NCBI GenBank assembly: GCA_002633005.1
Contig: NMRA01000175.1
Span: forward strand, 85,432-149,431
Reading direction: 5' to 3'
DNA from: Phoronis australis
Lineage: Eukaryota; Animalia; Phoronida
DNA length: 64,000 bases
A program made the translations under genes and the position numbers. Shown in pieces: positions 62,885 through 64,000 of this stretch; the first letter of the stretch is position 1; every line of letters starts with the position of its first letter. The notes beneath the pieces are model-generated. The model was given only the letters and a program-made list of their open reading frames with translations, was not told where the DNA came from and ran no database searches.

Positions 62885-63190
62885 GTCTCCCGTTCAGTAA
62901 CGCTAGACCCTCGCTAAAAAGCAAGACTTCGCGAGATCACGCGAGATATTGCCATGTATTTTAAATGAGATCATGTGACTTTGGCTAGATTTTAGCTAGG
63001 TCCTAGCGTAGGTCCTAGCGTTACTGAACGCACGCCAGGCGTGCGTTCAGTAGACGCTAGGACCTACGCTAGGACCTAGCTAAAACCAAGTCAAAGTCAC
63101 GTGTTCTTATTTAAAATACACGGCAACATATCGCGTAATCTCGCGAAGTCTTGCTTTTTAGCGAGGTCCTAGCGTTACTGAACGGGAGGC
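62885..63190. mobile_element. ~306-bp near-perfect palindromic (foldback) element upstream of IFT172
   Basis: Arms are reverse complements around A63037 (GAACGCACGCC-A-GGCGTGCGTTC). Each arm is itself bounded by CGTTCAGTA..CGCTAG / CTAGCGTTACTGAACG. Confidence 0.8.
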
Positions 63191-63786
63191 AGGTTTCATT
63201 GAACTCGCTCCTTTAAAGAAGAACTACGTGGAGCGTTGATTGCACCCACGACTGCAATGCAATTCCAGTAGTGTTTTTAATATCGCAAAATGGCCATTAA
63301 ACGGCACTGAATACATTGAAACTATACAAAACAAAGCGTCGTCTTCTCTCTAAGAACACTGCCCAGCAAAAGTAAATGAAAATCCGCACAGGAACTCTAA
63401 AGATGGAGACAGACGTAACTCTCTTTTTTGAGAAAAAATCCATTCGGAGGCACAACATTGATCTAATTTTTGTCGAGTTTAAAATAGGATTACACACCTC
63501 AAATTGTGACCTTGCAAGAGGTTAAGTAGATATAAAGACAGATGTCAACAAGAGGAACTCGGAGCCTTGAAATGCGCCCACGATACCTCTGAAAACGGTG
63601 TACTTCAATGAGTATTTTGTAAAATTATGAAAATGTCCATTAGATGCCGCATATTGCGTCAAACCCATCCGAATTGAAAAGGTCATCTCTTGCCATCGCA
63701 GTTGCCGTCTATCATGGGATGTATAATAAAGCACTTGGGTGCAAAGAGTTATAGCACAGATATCAGGTCCTCGGTAGCTCAGTCGA

Positions 63787-63939
63787 AGAGTGTGAGAGTG
63801 TGAGAGCGTGAGAGTGGGAAGAGAGTGGGAGGAGAGTGGGAGGAGAGTGGGAGGAGAGTGGAAGGAGAGTGGGAGGAGAATGGGAGGGGAGTGGGAGGAG
63901 AATGGGAGGAGAGTGGGAGGAGAATGGGAGGAGAGTGGG
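63787..63939. repeat. Purine-rich minisatellite: 8-bp GAGAGTGT units grading into 11-bp GGGAGGAGART units
   Basis: Directly visible; about a dozen 11-bp units. Confidence 0.9.
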
Positions 63940-64000
63940 TCCTAGGTAAAACAGGACCGGCAGTCTGGTGAAACGGGTCTGGAACTTCATCGGTATTTTT

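Noticed and set aside
63763-63990. Pro/Ser/His-rich 75-aa ORF
   Set aside because: Simply the translation of the 11-bp minisatellite

Overview
Eukaryotic, AT-rich genomic DNA with spliceosomal GT-AG introns. It looks like an invertebrate animal, but that is an inference and the taxon cannot be fixed from sequence. Two protein-coding genes are supported and they converge tail-to-tail. (1) A single-coding-exon XK-related (XKR, scramblase-family) gene lies on + at 20269-22521 (750 aa). It has a divergent membrane domain and a ~430-aa Ser-rich tail carrying two RxLPxxP motifs and a C-terminal -SIESMV PDZ-type ligand. (2) A complete IFT172 gene lies on -, assembled by hand into 39 coding exons (60604 to 25480; 5259 nt, 1752 aa, all introns GT-AG). 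The rest is non-coding and rich in DNA-transposon relics: a TTAA-flanked Kolobok-like element whose THAP ORF is split by a nested MITE, CA..TG elements with 5- or 6-bp target duplications, Tc1/mariner-type MITEs, a ~306-bp nested palindrome, minisatellites and a tRNA-like relic. Short tandem duplications straddling exon boundaries recur four times. No CRISPR, rRNA or prokaryotic system is present. The best candidate for new biology is the XKR protein with synaptic-scaffold-like docking motifs, which remains a hypothesis.
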